Positions 34,301 through 46,680 of a stretch of DNA of 64,000 nucleotides are shown here, in pieces (the stretch's first letter is position 1; each line of letters opens with the position of its first letter). The notes below the pieces were generated by a model. It searched no databases. It was given only the letters and a program-made list of their open reading frames with translations, and was not told the origin of the DNA. Source of the DNA: Podarcis gaigeae. Taxonomy: Eukaryota. The DNA lies in NCBI GenBank assembly GCA_964106915.2, contig OZ066915.1; one strand, 5' to 3'. The position numbers and the translations under genes were made by a program.

Positions 34301-37300
34301 GCAAAAGTCTTGTCAGTGGTGGAGGAAAGACAATAAACCAACTACATAAAGATTTTGAGTCTGGTGTAATATTTATGGGGTCAAATGTCTCCTCTATTTA
34401 GAGGGTTATTTATTAAATATATGACATCACAATCACATGGGTAGCAAATCGCATCAAAATTTATTTTATTTGGTGGAGTTGGTGAACAGGCAAGACCTTT
34501 TTCTTTTTTTCTATTTCCTTCATTGTGTTTTTATATCCCATTTATAATTTCATAGATGAATCCATTTCATCCACTTCTGATTTTTTTTTTTTACTATCAA
34601 AAGGGACTTGTATAAATTATTTTGTTGTTAATGTTTTTTTGTGTGTGTTTTGGTGTATTGTCTGTTTCTGTTATTCAATTTTTAAAAAGCTATTCTGGAA
34701 CCATTTAATGTATCTTTTTATTTTTTATTTTCAAGAATAGCATCACTCTTGACATGTCAAACATTACTCTTCCTTTTCTATAGCATTTATATCAGGCATG
34801 CCCATGTTAGAATGAATGCCATTATTGCAGAGATTTGTCCATTCTACTCTTTGTACAGGGCTTATCCGTATTTTCAACTGCTTAATACATAAATAACAGC
34901 AACAAACAAATATCTGTTTACTTTTGGCCTGGCTAAACATGTCCAGACTTCCTTAAACCTTCTAGCAGCTGTAGAATGGAAGTAAGAAACAAGAACATAG
35001 TTCAATAGCCATCTGGTTTTTACTTGCTTGCTTGTAGCAATAGAGACAATGGCTAAACCAAATGGATTTCCTCCACAGTTTGGCACTAGCTAAGGCCCGT
35101 ACCAGCTGCTCCCCCATTATCACCTTTTAAAGTGTGCAAGGCTGCCTCTGTCTTGCAACTGGGCAGCATTTGTGCAGACATGTCATTTATAACAAGCTAT
35201 ACAAGTAACCAGAGCCAACTGTTATGTGAAAGCACTAGCTCTCACAATCAGGGTTTAAAACCTGACAGTGGTCCTCCCTGAATCCCAAAGTGATTGCGTG
35301 GTGACACTATTTTGCTAGTCCTAGGTTGTATATGCAAAATTACATTCTGTTGCAGGTGCAGTTCATATGCTCAAGGTGATTCCGAGGAGGTTAGCTAGAT
35401 AATTCTACAGATTCACTAGAGCAGAGTTACAGCTTTTGTCCTGACCAATGCTAATTCACTGATACCAGCTCCCTCGGAGCCACACTGGATATTCTAAAGA
35501 AGCACACTTCCTCTCCCCATGCTTCCATGTGTCACACAAAGCAGGGTAGATTGGCCCTGCCCTTCATAGATATTTTCCCCACTGTGTTTGTTCCTGCAGT
35601 GGAAGAACACCCAGCTGACCCATGGGGGTGAATATGCACCACACCCCTTTGGATGAGATCTAGGAGAATGGAAAGGGGAAGTTTGGCTTCCTCTATCTTG
35701 CCACTTCTACAGCACGCCTGGTATGGCTCTTGGTCTGTTCATAGTGTTTGAGCAGCATTGTAGTGCTTCTTATTAGTAACTGTAACTTCCTAATTCTGAA
35801 TTTTAAATTATTTGTAACCTGCCTTGGGATCTGCTGGTGAAGGGCCTGCAATAAATTTAACAACAACAATTGCAGAGACATATAATGTATTTTAAGAACA
35901 GAAGTCCTACTGAAGTCAAGTTGCAGAGTTCTGCTGCTCAAACTGGTTCAAGTGCCCTTGGTATGTAAAGCGTGGTTGGTATGTAAAGTTGGGGCAGAAG
36001 AGGATGTGCCAGATGCAAACAGGGAGCTGAAGTGAACAAGTAAAGCTCCATGAACCCTGCAGCAATCCCAGCAAAGCATAACTGCTATTAACCTCACCCT
36101 TGGAACAAGACCGAACAAATAAGCCCCTAGCAATATCCTTTCTTCTTGCTGAGCAAGATTGATTGAAAAACAAATTGGCGCAAATAAGGCATGAAATTAG
36201 ATTAAAGCCTCTCACTTGGGGCTGCCAGGACGGAAATCAAGACTTGGGCAGGCTTCTGTGGGAGCCGAGGCACCATTAATAAATCTGTCTGTGGCCCCTC
36301 CTTGTCCCCGCAGCCTTACAGCCCAAGAGAATATACTCATAGCCACCACAGTATTATAATGAAGCAGAAAGAGTTTTCTTCTTGTTCACGGGTTGCCAAA
36401 TGATAGTTCATGAGGGTGTATTTGTGAACTGCTGTGTGCTGGCAAATTTAAGAGTTCCTGATTACAGCTCCCTTTAAGGAATACAACCCTACTGATTTCA
36501 GATCCGCCCAGTTAAAAACAGGAATAGGAAACCAACTTGATGAGATTTTTCCTACTGTCTGAACACAGGGCAGATTTTCTGCCTTGCCTGTCATTTGCAG
36601 ATGATGGGGAAGACAAACAGGAATAAGAAACAAGTTAAAGGTGAGTTGACTCTTTTAGAAACCTTGCAAGATGGCGGGGAGCAGAGAGGGGAGCACACAA
36701 TCATCTGCTCCCTGGGCTCCCCAAATTACCTCAAAACAACAATTGTCCAAGTATTCAGCTCACCCTTCCAAGGGCTGGAATACACCTCCCATCTTTCAAT
36801 CCAATGCAAGTCCAACTGTGCAAGACTTTAGCATATGAAAAGAAGCAGCAAAATACTTGTCCAAGGATAGACAGAAAATAGTATGTTGTCAGGAGTGGGA
36901 CAATGAGTTGAACTAGATGCCACGGGGATCGTAGAAGTTTCTGTTTCTTGAGTGACAGCAGTACTTCTTTAAAATTCTTATTCTAGAAGCAGAGAACATA
37001 CTGCTAGGGCTCCAGAAAGGAAACTGATACCATCACACTGAAACTGGTTTTAAGAAAACAAAAAAGGAAGGTGGGTTACACTTGGGATTACTTCAGCCCT
37101 GGCCATCAGGAATTTGCACATTTTGTCTGGTCTAGATAGCCTGCTAAAATTTGTGATTGCCAGCTTCCTGACCCTTCACTAGCAGGGGAGGGGCAGTGTC
37201 TTACCGCTTATGTGTTCCAGAAAACAGTCTGGAGGCACATGGTACAATAACCTTGATTAAGCAAAGCAGTTCTGATCCTTGTGAATCCATGTATGTTAAC

Positions 37301-38614
37301 TTGCATTCCATCACAGAACAAAAGGCATAAAACAACTATGTTGAGCTTCAGAGGCAATCCAGGCACTTGGAAGTGTGGTGTGAGAGAATGGATGATCCAC
37401 TTCCTTTCTGTACTGAGATGCAAGCTCCAGAGAAGAGCTGGAGCACATCCATATTGCACTGCACTTCCAAGAGTAGCAAATCCAGAGTAATACTACCAGT
37501 TTAAGAGAAGGGACTTGCACAAGTAACTGATGGCAGACTCTGCTCAATAGATTTTCACTACACAAAATTTCATTCATGTTTCCTGGTTTACCCCACAGCT
37601 AGAAGTGCAAACTGCCTATGTGACTTCATAAAGCCAATCTTGAAGTGAAATCACTGTACCATCTTTGATTCCCACCTACTGTTTATTTGGGTTGGGTTGG
37701 GGAGTAAATTTACATATGGGACCTCCCTTCAGAACAAACATTTTATTTTTAAATCATGCATCAACCCCTCTCTCACCCCCACCCCTAAACGATGATACAA
37801 TTATTGGGAATTAGAATAGTATTGTAAAAGAATTGTGGGAAAGTGGCATATTAAAAATGCACGTCTATTTTAAATGACAATGAAGAATTTCTACTATATG
37901 GAAGTGTTTCAGAGGAGAATGGAATGCAGTTGTCAAGGGTACCCACACCTGCTTCCTTCCCTTCTAGCTTCTATCAAGATGCCCTATTGTGGAAAAACAG
38001 CCATATCCACCCGCAAAACCAAAGCAGAATGAAAGGGCTCAAACCCAGAGGTGGCGGTGGGGTGTACAAAGGACTTTGCTTTATGTTTGACAGCAAGTCA
38101 TAGCCCCCGGTGGGCGCCTTCTAACCCTTGTCATGACCTTCGGCTCCCTCCATTGTAAGGGGGCTCCATTGTGAAGTGTTCTTGCTGAAAGCAAGGGGAT
38201 AGCGTTAACTTGCTGAATGCCATTTTGGGGTCTCTGCCATTAGGGTATGAAGGCAAGAAGGACAAGGAGCAGCCAAGATGTTTTGTTATTAAAGCTTGAG
38301 CGTACTGCTTAGCACCAGAGTATCTCATTCAGAGCCCACTGCGGCAGCATCAGTCTCCCCCACTTTGCTGCTTCATCATATCAGAGCTCAAATGGAGGTG
38401 TCACAAGGTACCTCACATTTCAGAAGGCAAGAAAACTGGAACCCAACAGAATCCAGCAACTTGATAACAATAGGGGCAGAGATGGGAAGCCTGTGGTCCT
38501 TCGGATGTTGATGGATAATGACCATGGTAAATGGTCAGGCATGATGCAAGTAATCCAACAACATCTGGAAGGCTAAACGTTCCCCGTTAGAGAATACTTC
38601 ATGTGCATTTTCAA

Positions 38615-38900
38615 CTACATTTCTGATATTTCTGCTGAGATGCTGCAACATAGTCTCAAGCTCAGGGTGATCAAAAACAAACTTCTCATCTTTCCTCCCA
38701 AGCCACCATCTCTTTGTCCGTTACCAGCGTCACCCAGTTGACCAGGCACAAAGCCTTGGTGTTCTATTTGATACTTCCCTTCCCTTTGCCTCTCAAAATT
38801 ATTCAGCTCTTTTCTCTGCACATATTTTGCAAGAGATCATTTTGTCTAGCTCTACCATCCTCAGCCATTCAAAGGTATCCTTGCTACCTGAAGTAACATT
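38615..38900 (+). mobile_element. Ancient L2 LINE ORF2 relic
   Basis: tctgatatttctgct...ctcaagctc...aaacaaacttctcatctttcctcccaagcc...ccttggtgttctatttgatac resembles the L2 motifs SDIS.WM....LKLN..KTELLIFPPKP and LGVIFD, with frame disruption. Confidence 0.65.
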
Positions 38901-39103
38901 TTCCCTTGCTGCTCCTTATGACTGGAACTTCCTCCCACATGGGACTTACTACCAAGAAACAAGCATAGGATTGAGCGTCCCCATGCATATTTATACTAGT
39001 TGCATGCTTTTCACATGACAAATGGCAGAGCCATAGCTATGGGGATAGCTATGTTTTTTTGCCCTAGGTGAAGCCTCCAGAGGGGTGCCATTGAGGCTCC
39101 CTG

Positions 39104-39112
39104 CCCCTCCCT

Positions 39113-39160
<48 letters not shown>

Positions 39161-39184
39161 CTGTCTCTCTCTCTCTGTGTGTGT
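39104..39184. repeat. Compound (CCCT)n(CT)n(GT)n microsatellite
   Basis: Direct reading of the sequence. Confidence 0.95.
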
Positions 39185-39350
39185 ACACAAATGCGCATGG
39201 GGGGGTACCAAAGTGAGTCTTTGACCTGGGTGAAATAAAGCCTAGTTTCTTCCCTGCAAGTGGCTAGATAGAGTCTGGCAGGTAGCCCTGTCAAAAAAAC
39301 TAACTTGCCATGCCCAGCTTGCAGGGGGAACCACAAAAAAGACTCTATGC

Positions 39351-39733
39351 CACGGGTGTCAAACACAAGGCCCGAGGGCCGAATCCGGCCCGCCAGACCT
39401 CATCATGTGGCCCGTGTAGCCACCGCCGGCTGCCAGCCTTCACCTTTTATTCTCGCTTTTTTTTTTTTTTACACAAGAAAGCCACCTACAAGCCAGAGAA
39501 TGTCTGCCCTCTAGCAGCGCCGGCCGTTCTACACAGGAAACCTCCACTTTACATGCATTCAGGAAACCTCCACTTGTTTTTATATTGAGTGCATGCCATC
39601 CTGTGATGTGACAGATCCAACGGCTGCCTGAACCCTTCTCTTCTGTACTGTAAGTCCTACAGATACAACTGGCCCTTTGAGGGTGACCAAACTGCTGATG
39701 CGGCCCCCGATGAATTTGAGTTTGACAACCCTG
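39351..39733. mobile_element. Non-autonomous hAT (Charlie-like) element, 383 bp
   Basis: TIRs CACGGGTGTCAAAC / GTTTGACAACCCTG, subterminal ggccc repeats, perfect 8-bp TSD CTCTATGC at 39343-39350 and 39734-39741. Confidence 0.93.
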
Positions 39734-41525
39734 CTCTATGCTATATGACACTCATTCATTGACTTTATCAACAAACAGTGGGATTTATGCCTACTCCCAA
39801 CAGCCCATACAACTTTCTGGGGAGGTCTAATCCTTCATGTAGCTGATCCTGTGTAAAATGACAATCCCACTGCAAATGTTAATTGAATGTCTTTTCATGT
39901 TAAAAGTTGAATAAAAATATTTGGGGTGTGTGTGGAAATTGTGCCGGTTGCATGTCAGATGAAATAACTCTAAACCACCAACCTACAGTATCATTCTAAT
40001 CTGAATTGTCATGTATTTAATTTAGAACATGAATTTGTATTTTACAAAGTATAACAATGCTAGCGGCAAGGTCAGTCAACATAGCCATTCCAGAGTCACA
40101 GTGGTTTGCCTTCCTGATTATCAGGAAAATTACCAGAGTTTTCTCCCCACCTTCTCTCTCCTACCCCCATTTCTCTCAGCTAAAGTGTTTCTGGAACTGC
40201 AAAATGAGGAGACTGAAAGGCCAAATGCAGCCCATCTCCAGGGGCAGAGAAAGAATGTTCCCTACAGTATGGCCTCTGGGCTGTTGTCCTGCCCAGCTTA
40301 GGTCAGTCCAAGCATTTGCGTGACTGCATTATATCACAGCTGCTGCAAATGAAGCACACAGATAGCCAAGATAGAATGGGTCATATCTTACACTATTCTG
40401 CTCCTATACTTTGTGGGAAATCCTAGGAATGTGATAAGACCTACAGGAAACCCTAGTTCTACAACAGAGCAAAGAATTTTTTCCAGTTATTATTTCCAGT
40501 AGCTGCCCAGGGTATACAGATTAGCCTTTTGAGCAGCAGCAGTTCTATAATCCAGGAAAGAATTTGCAGCCAGAAATGAATGACGCTAACAGCAACTGGT
40601 AGGGAAAACTGGCAAGGCAGGATGCTGGTGCACCAGAAGAGAGGTAAGTCGTGCTAAACTTCGTAATGTGGCTCACAGGCCAAGTTTACCATATGGAATA
40701 ATTCATTTAAGTCAATGAAGGTTTGCTTAGCTGAAACAATCCATGTCTACAATCATAGTTGGAATGCATTAAATCAGAGCTAGGCAAACTTCAGGGCTGG
40801 GGGCCATATTGGTTGGGGACTGCATACCACTGGTGGTCAGAGCCAAGGCCAAAAAGTGGGCATGGCCATTCCCACTCCCCCTTCTCTCTCTCTTTCTCTC
40901 TCCTTCCCTTCTCTTCATCAATCCATCCCCCTCTTCTCTCTCTGACATGCACACACGTGCACAAACACACACACACACACATCCCTCACACAGACATGGA
41001 TGGTGTGCCTGTTTCTCAGCCAAATTCCTGCCTGGTCAGCCCCTTCAGAGTCAATGTCAGAGCATCTTCTAGTCATCTCGTCCAACAATACAATCCTCTG
41101 CTTGAAGCCAGAGCTATATTCCCATTCAGCAGCCCTCCACAGATGTACCTGCTGCACAAGCCAGAGGCCAATGTGCCAGGAACAGAGCAAACAGACCACA
41201 GAAAAGTGCCTACAAAGCAAACAGATTGAGATGACTCAAATAAACAACAGCCATAACATACGCAGACATACAAGCAAAAGCAAAAACGCACCCTGGAATC
41301 ATTACATCTTTGGGGCAACATTTCTCAATTTATAGATTGATTCTCTACCACAAAAGTGACAAGTAAAGCAATGCACAATCATTATAAAACCTGCAGTACT
41401 ACCACTAACAAAGGCACAATACTAGGACAACAGGCACATCCCCACAGTGCAGCTACACTTAGAACATAACTGTAGGAAGAAACAGCAGAAACCAACTCTT
41501 TCATTACTCACTATATTGTGAAAAG

Positions 41526-41527
<2 letters not shown>

Positions 41528-41578
<51 letters not shown>
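41528..41578. repeat. (AG)n microsatellite, about 25 units
   Basis: Direct reading of the sequence. Confidence 0.97.
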
Positions 41579-41580
<2 letters not shown>

Positions 41581-42389
41581 CAATGTATTAAAAACTGCCA
41601 GAAAAACGGCAGCAAAAGGAGCCAACTGCTGGCAGAGCATTCCACAGGATGGACTTCATCAGTAGGATATACAGGCCCTAAGACAAAGTTTTTCCCAACC
41701 TCCTCCTCCAAAAATTTCGGATGGACTACAACACCCATCCAAAATGTTCAGTTTCAAAATGCTGAGGGTAGCTGACCTAGCCTGTACCCTGGTTTAAAGT
41801 TCACCACTCATGCTGCTAACTGGGCCCAGAAGCTAACAGGAAGCCAGCAAAGCTAGAAGCAATTTTACCAAGACCTGTAATGAGTAACCTGTCAAAGATG
41901 AACTGCAGCATATCATACTCCCCCAAACTTCCCAAGTGTTTTTGAAGGTGCACTGCAATAACCAACATGAGAGATTAAATCCTTGTCTAAGCAGTCACAC
42001 GGCTATCCCATGAATTCCCCACCTGCCCATTGCTACCCTCCAGCAGCAAGACAAGGTTTAGGAGTAGAATTATAAAATGAGAGAGAAGTAGAAAATGTCC
42101 AGGTTGCTCAGCTTAAAATGTTCAGCAAGGCTGCTGGCTCAAAACGTTGGCAAAGAGCAATTTTATAAAAGCAAATGAATTTTAATTGCTTTTCCAGTCA
42201 AATGCAGATGTTATATAACTAAAGCAAACCCTGGTGCAGAACCAGCAATGGCAATGTTTTCTCTCTTTCACACTAAAGCTGGTCTTGGCTCGTGATCCAT
42301 TTGAGACTTCTCTACAAAATATACATTCCCTTTTCTTTCAGATTTGAAGCCACTTTCAACTTGAGCATTTATTTATATCCTGCCATTCC

Positions 42390-42572
42390 TCCGAGGAGCT
42401 TGATTCCCCACATTGGCATTCATTCCCACATTTTATTATTCCAACGACCCTGTTTGGCAGATTAAACCTCGAGATAAGTGACAGGCCCAAGGTCACCCAG
42501 CGAGTTTCATGACTGAGGATTTGAAACTGAATGTTGCAGTCTGACCAGAGCACTCTATCCACAACAACACAA
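42390..42572 (-). mobile_element. Old CORE/MIR-like SINE
   Basis: caacgaccctgt...gtgacaggcccaaggtcacccagcgagtttcatgactgaggatttgaaac...cactctatccac. Confidence 0.6.
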
Positions 42573-44091
42573 ACACTCTTGAAGAAGTGCAGCAAAGCGA
42601 TTCTGTCCAATGGGCTGCTACATATACGTAACTTCCATCCAGATTTCTTCTTTTAGATTGCAATGTTCAGACAACCCTCAGATTGCATTTAGGGGTGGCT
42701 GTGCTATCACCTGCTCTTATGCCAAGTGAAATGTAGCCAAGACAGTGTTGTGGACTTCTGGGGAAGTGTGCAATGATGGAATCTGAAAGGTGCCACGCTC
42801 CCAAGTGGGCTAGGCAGTCAAGTAAAAATGATAAAATATGGGAGCTCATCCTCTCTGACTAAAGTGGTGCTTAAAAACGTCAATAAAATTTCTACTGAAG
42901 GGATATCATGCACTTAGGGACCCACCGCCAATCAGATTGTTCAGTTTGGCTGAACTTTCCTTGTGCTTTTAAAGAGAAGGCGCCTTGTGCTGCAATCTGC
43001 TTCTGAAAAGATGGATTGTTCCATTGAAAATGATATACGCAGGGGAATGAATAAATAATAATTTTTTAAAATTTAGGAATCCAGGAGATACTGTTGCAAG
43101 TTTGAGTGTTTACTACTCCCTCTCCACCCTGTAAATAATTTTCTGTGAAAAGAGAATAAAAACTTGCACTTCTATAGCTTGTAGCCTAAACTGAAAGTAG
43201 CAGATGACAAGAATAAATGAGTACCACAACAGTGATGTTGCTAATGTTCCTTAAAAGATACAATAATAGCATATTTAAACAGCTGGTTCTTTACTTCCAT
43301 CTGTTTGTCAAATTTGTTCTGCTCCAGGTCAGGCTACCCACAAGACTGTAAAATACCCAACCAAAGGTTACAGGCGTCTCCTCACTTACACAGGGTTTAC
43401 ATTCCCAGGTACTGCACATATACATGAAATCACATATAGTGGGGGACACCATCTAAAATGCCTGTAAACACCCTCTAAACCTCTGAAAATTCTTGAAAAC
43501 CCCTTTAAAAAGCCAGCAGCACTTATCAGACTGGCATGAATGGTGGCAATGGGGGCTCTCGATTTTCCTCATCACTAGAGGGCGATGTTGAAAAAATGAC
43601 AAGGGGGGCAGACTGGTCTCCTGCAGTACCAAACTCCACAAAATCCTCCAAACTCCACTACAGTCACTCCCTCCAAAGCTTTCTCTCAAACTCCAACTCT
43701 CCACAGGCCTCAAAGATTGGTGCAAAGACTTCTGGGATTGCTAGCCATTCATTTCACACAATTTTTGCCTTTTCCATGTCTTTTTGCAGTTTAAATCTAT
43801 GTACTTAATTATTTCCCAGAGCCTGTTTTTTATACAAAACACTATTTCCTTTGCTATGTAATAACCCATTCTTGACATTTAATGTTAATTATTTTATTCT
43901 TAAATGAAAAAACCAAAATATTACGCTTATGACCTCCCCCTCACCTACAGTAAAAAAAAGCCTTGAATAAGTTTCAGTCCTGCTTACTTTGTTGTTGCTA
44001 TAACTTGGTCAGCAAACCTATCTTGTCTTTGGAATAGGATATCCCCCTCCCCCGACAATTTGAACAGGATTAAAACAAAAGTATAACATAC

Positions 44092-44145
44092 CTGCAGGTT
44101 CTTCTGTGCTACTGGCCACAGTGGTGGGAGGAACAACAGGTATCT
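44092..44145 (-). CDS. NTN1: Netrin-1 small coding exon (human exon 5 equivalent), Pro/Thr/Ser linker
   Basis: 54 nt, ctttaccacag|AG ATA CCT GTT GTT CCT CCC ACC ACT GTG GCC AGT AGC ACA GAA GAA CCT GCA G|gtatgt = (K)IPVVPPTTVASSTEEPA(D). Joins the neighbouring exons in frame. This frame is not in the ORF track. Confidence 0.95.
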
Positions 44146-45198
44146 CTGTGGTAAAGAAGAAAAGGCAAACAAGGGAAGGATAAACAAGAAAAGGTAAAAG
44201 TTGTTACTCTCTCCAGGAATGAACGTTTTCACAAGTTCAAAAGTTGTCAGATATTTCTCACATCTTTTATCTTAAAGAAGCTGTAGGGAGAGGGCAGCTG
44301 CCTTCAGACCATAAATACTCTATAACAGTATAAGAGTATGAAATTTCCGTGACTATTCCAGATTATCAGAAATGCATCCTGAGAAGTTATTAAAAGACTT
44401 GATTCTTTCAACCATGACCTTATTTATTTTATTTTTGCATTAGGAAACAGGGTAATGGCCATTATATGGCTGTTCTGTGTTTCTTTTTGGCTTTTCAAAG
44501 TTGCTTTGATCTTTGATTTCTTTTTCTCTGTATGACAGAGACAGAACCAACTGCTTTGGTATGAAAGTTGCTCTGAACAATGATGGAACCCAGGCTGTCT
44601 ACTGCTTTTAGGAGGAAAACATTGACTACGCCCAAACATTATTTTAATCAAACATAATTTAAAAACAGTAGTAGTTTATTGCTGGCATTGCTAGAAAAAA
44701 TGGTTCTGCAACACAGAAAATCATGTTTTGAACTTTGAAACCTTTTGTTTAAGTGGGAACTTGTACTCGCATCACCTTACTAGTGTGATCAATACGATAT
44801 ATGTATAATTCATCCATATATTTATATACATAGAGACATGCAAAATGCAACCTGGACATACAACACACAGGGCCACTGCACAAATTACAGCTTTAATGGG
44901 TATACATTACACAGTTTCACTGTGTACTCACTAAACCTATCACAGTTTCCAGGTTCATATATGTCTTTCCTTGCTATTAGCCCCAGCTCTTCACTGTGCA
45001 TTTTCACTGAATAAGCGAGTTGAAATAGTGGTGGAAGTGAATGTGCCTTAACACCTGAAGTTTTAGGTTCACAATGTGTACCTGTAACTACTACCCATGA
45101 AAACTGCAATGTGAAAAGTGGCCAACAGTATCTCTAGCTATATTAATTAAGTCTATCAGGTGTTAGTAAGCAGACCAGATTTAGGATTCATTACGTTA

Positions 45199-45462
<264 letters not shown>

Positions 45463-46168
45463 TCAACTAGCAAGAGTATCCAAAGACAGCAAGATTTTTT
45501 GTAGCAGAGCTATAGGAATGAGGTGAGAGTAGCCAGTGCCCTGGACTGCAGGTCTCATCTCATTCTAATAGTAGTGCTCTGTAAGCACAACTTCCCCTAG
45601 AAAATCTGAAAGCAACATGATGGACAATCAGTGCCAGCTACTACATTACACCACAAGGATTATTAATATACTTGTGTCCTAAAATGAATTTAAAAGTTTT
45701 AAAGCAGACATTTACTGCTGCTGAGTGGACTTGCCTAATGCCACACCTAGAATTATTTCCCCACCATTCAATTTCTGTATGTTTGCTCTTTGTTCAGTGC
45801 TTCAGGAAATATTCTGTTCCAGCCTCACTATCAGCCTCCAATCATCACAGCTGGTGGGAGCAAGAAGAGGAGGAAGGGTTTCCTTTTCTCTCTAGAGGTC
45901 ATTGAAACACCTGTTCTGTAGCTGGAACAATAACTAAACTCAGCGGATTGTGGTGAATTCTCCTGGCTAAATTCCTGTTGAAGAGCATGCAGGGGGAGCT
46001 CTGCTGAATCAAACCAATGGTCCATCATTAGCCAACAAGCGACAGCCATAAATTGTCAATAGCTAACCAGATGCCTCTTGAGAAGGCAAGCAAGGCATGA
46101 AAGCAATAACCCCATTCCTTTCCTTCAGCAGCTGGCACTCGAGAGGCATACTGCCTTCGCAATCTAGT

Positions 46169-46358
46169 CAGGAAATTGTTATGGCTCAGTTGTAGAGCAC
46201 ATACATTACATGCTAGAAGGTCCAAAGTTCAATCCCCACCACCTCCACATTGAGCTGAAAAAGACCCTGGTCTGAAACCCTAAACAGCTGCTGCCAGTTT
46301 GTGGTACATGATCTAGCTATATGGTGCAACTCAGTTTTAGATAGCTTCCTATGTTCCT
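46169..46358 (+). mobile_element. tRNA-derived SINE of the aggcagcttcctatgttcc family
   Basis: A-box tggctcagttgtagagca, B-box agttcaatccc, tctgaaaccctaaacagctgctgccagt, tail agcttcctatgttcct. Confidence 0.8.
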
Positions 46359-46363
46359 ATATA

Positions 46364-46680
46364 TCAGTGGCAAGGAACCTTTTCAGCCCAAGGGTTCTGT
46401 GACCCTTCTGATGGCCGCATGCCAGTAGGGGCAAGAGGCAAAAATGGACAGAGCAACAAATGTAAATTTTACTTTCTATATAGAAGACATAAACTCCTCT
46501 CTATCCTCCATCAGGACAAACAATGCATTAAAGTTCAAGGGCACATTCCAGCCAGGCAAAAATACTGAGTGTTAAGCAGGGCCAGTGATGGGTGTGGCCT
46601 GGGGAGAGTTCCAGGGGCCAGCCAGAGAGGTCTGAAGGGCCACATTTGACCCCCTGGACCTGAGGTGCCCCACCTCTTCT
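46364..46680. mobile_element. Degenerate hAT-like MITE
   Basis: cagtggcaaggaaccttttcagcccaaggg...gggccacatttgaccccctggacctgaggtgccccacctct. TIR and TSD are decayed. Confidence 0.55.

Noticed and set aside
38991-41775. ORFs with (RE)n, (SL)n, (HT)n and (CV)n runs
   Set aside because: They are translations of (CT)/(GA)/(CA) microsatellites and low-complexity DNA.
43570-43590. CTCF-like TCACTAGAGGGCGA
   Set aside because: Partial match only (lacks the leading C) and lies beside a Tigger-like relic starting at ~43371. Not supportable without a PWM score or ChIP data.
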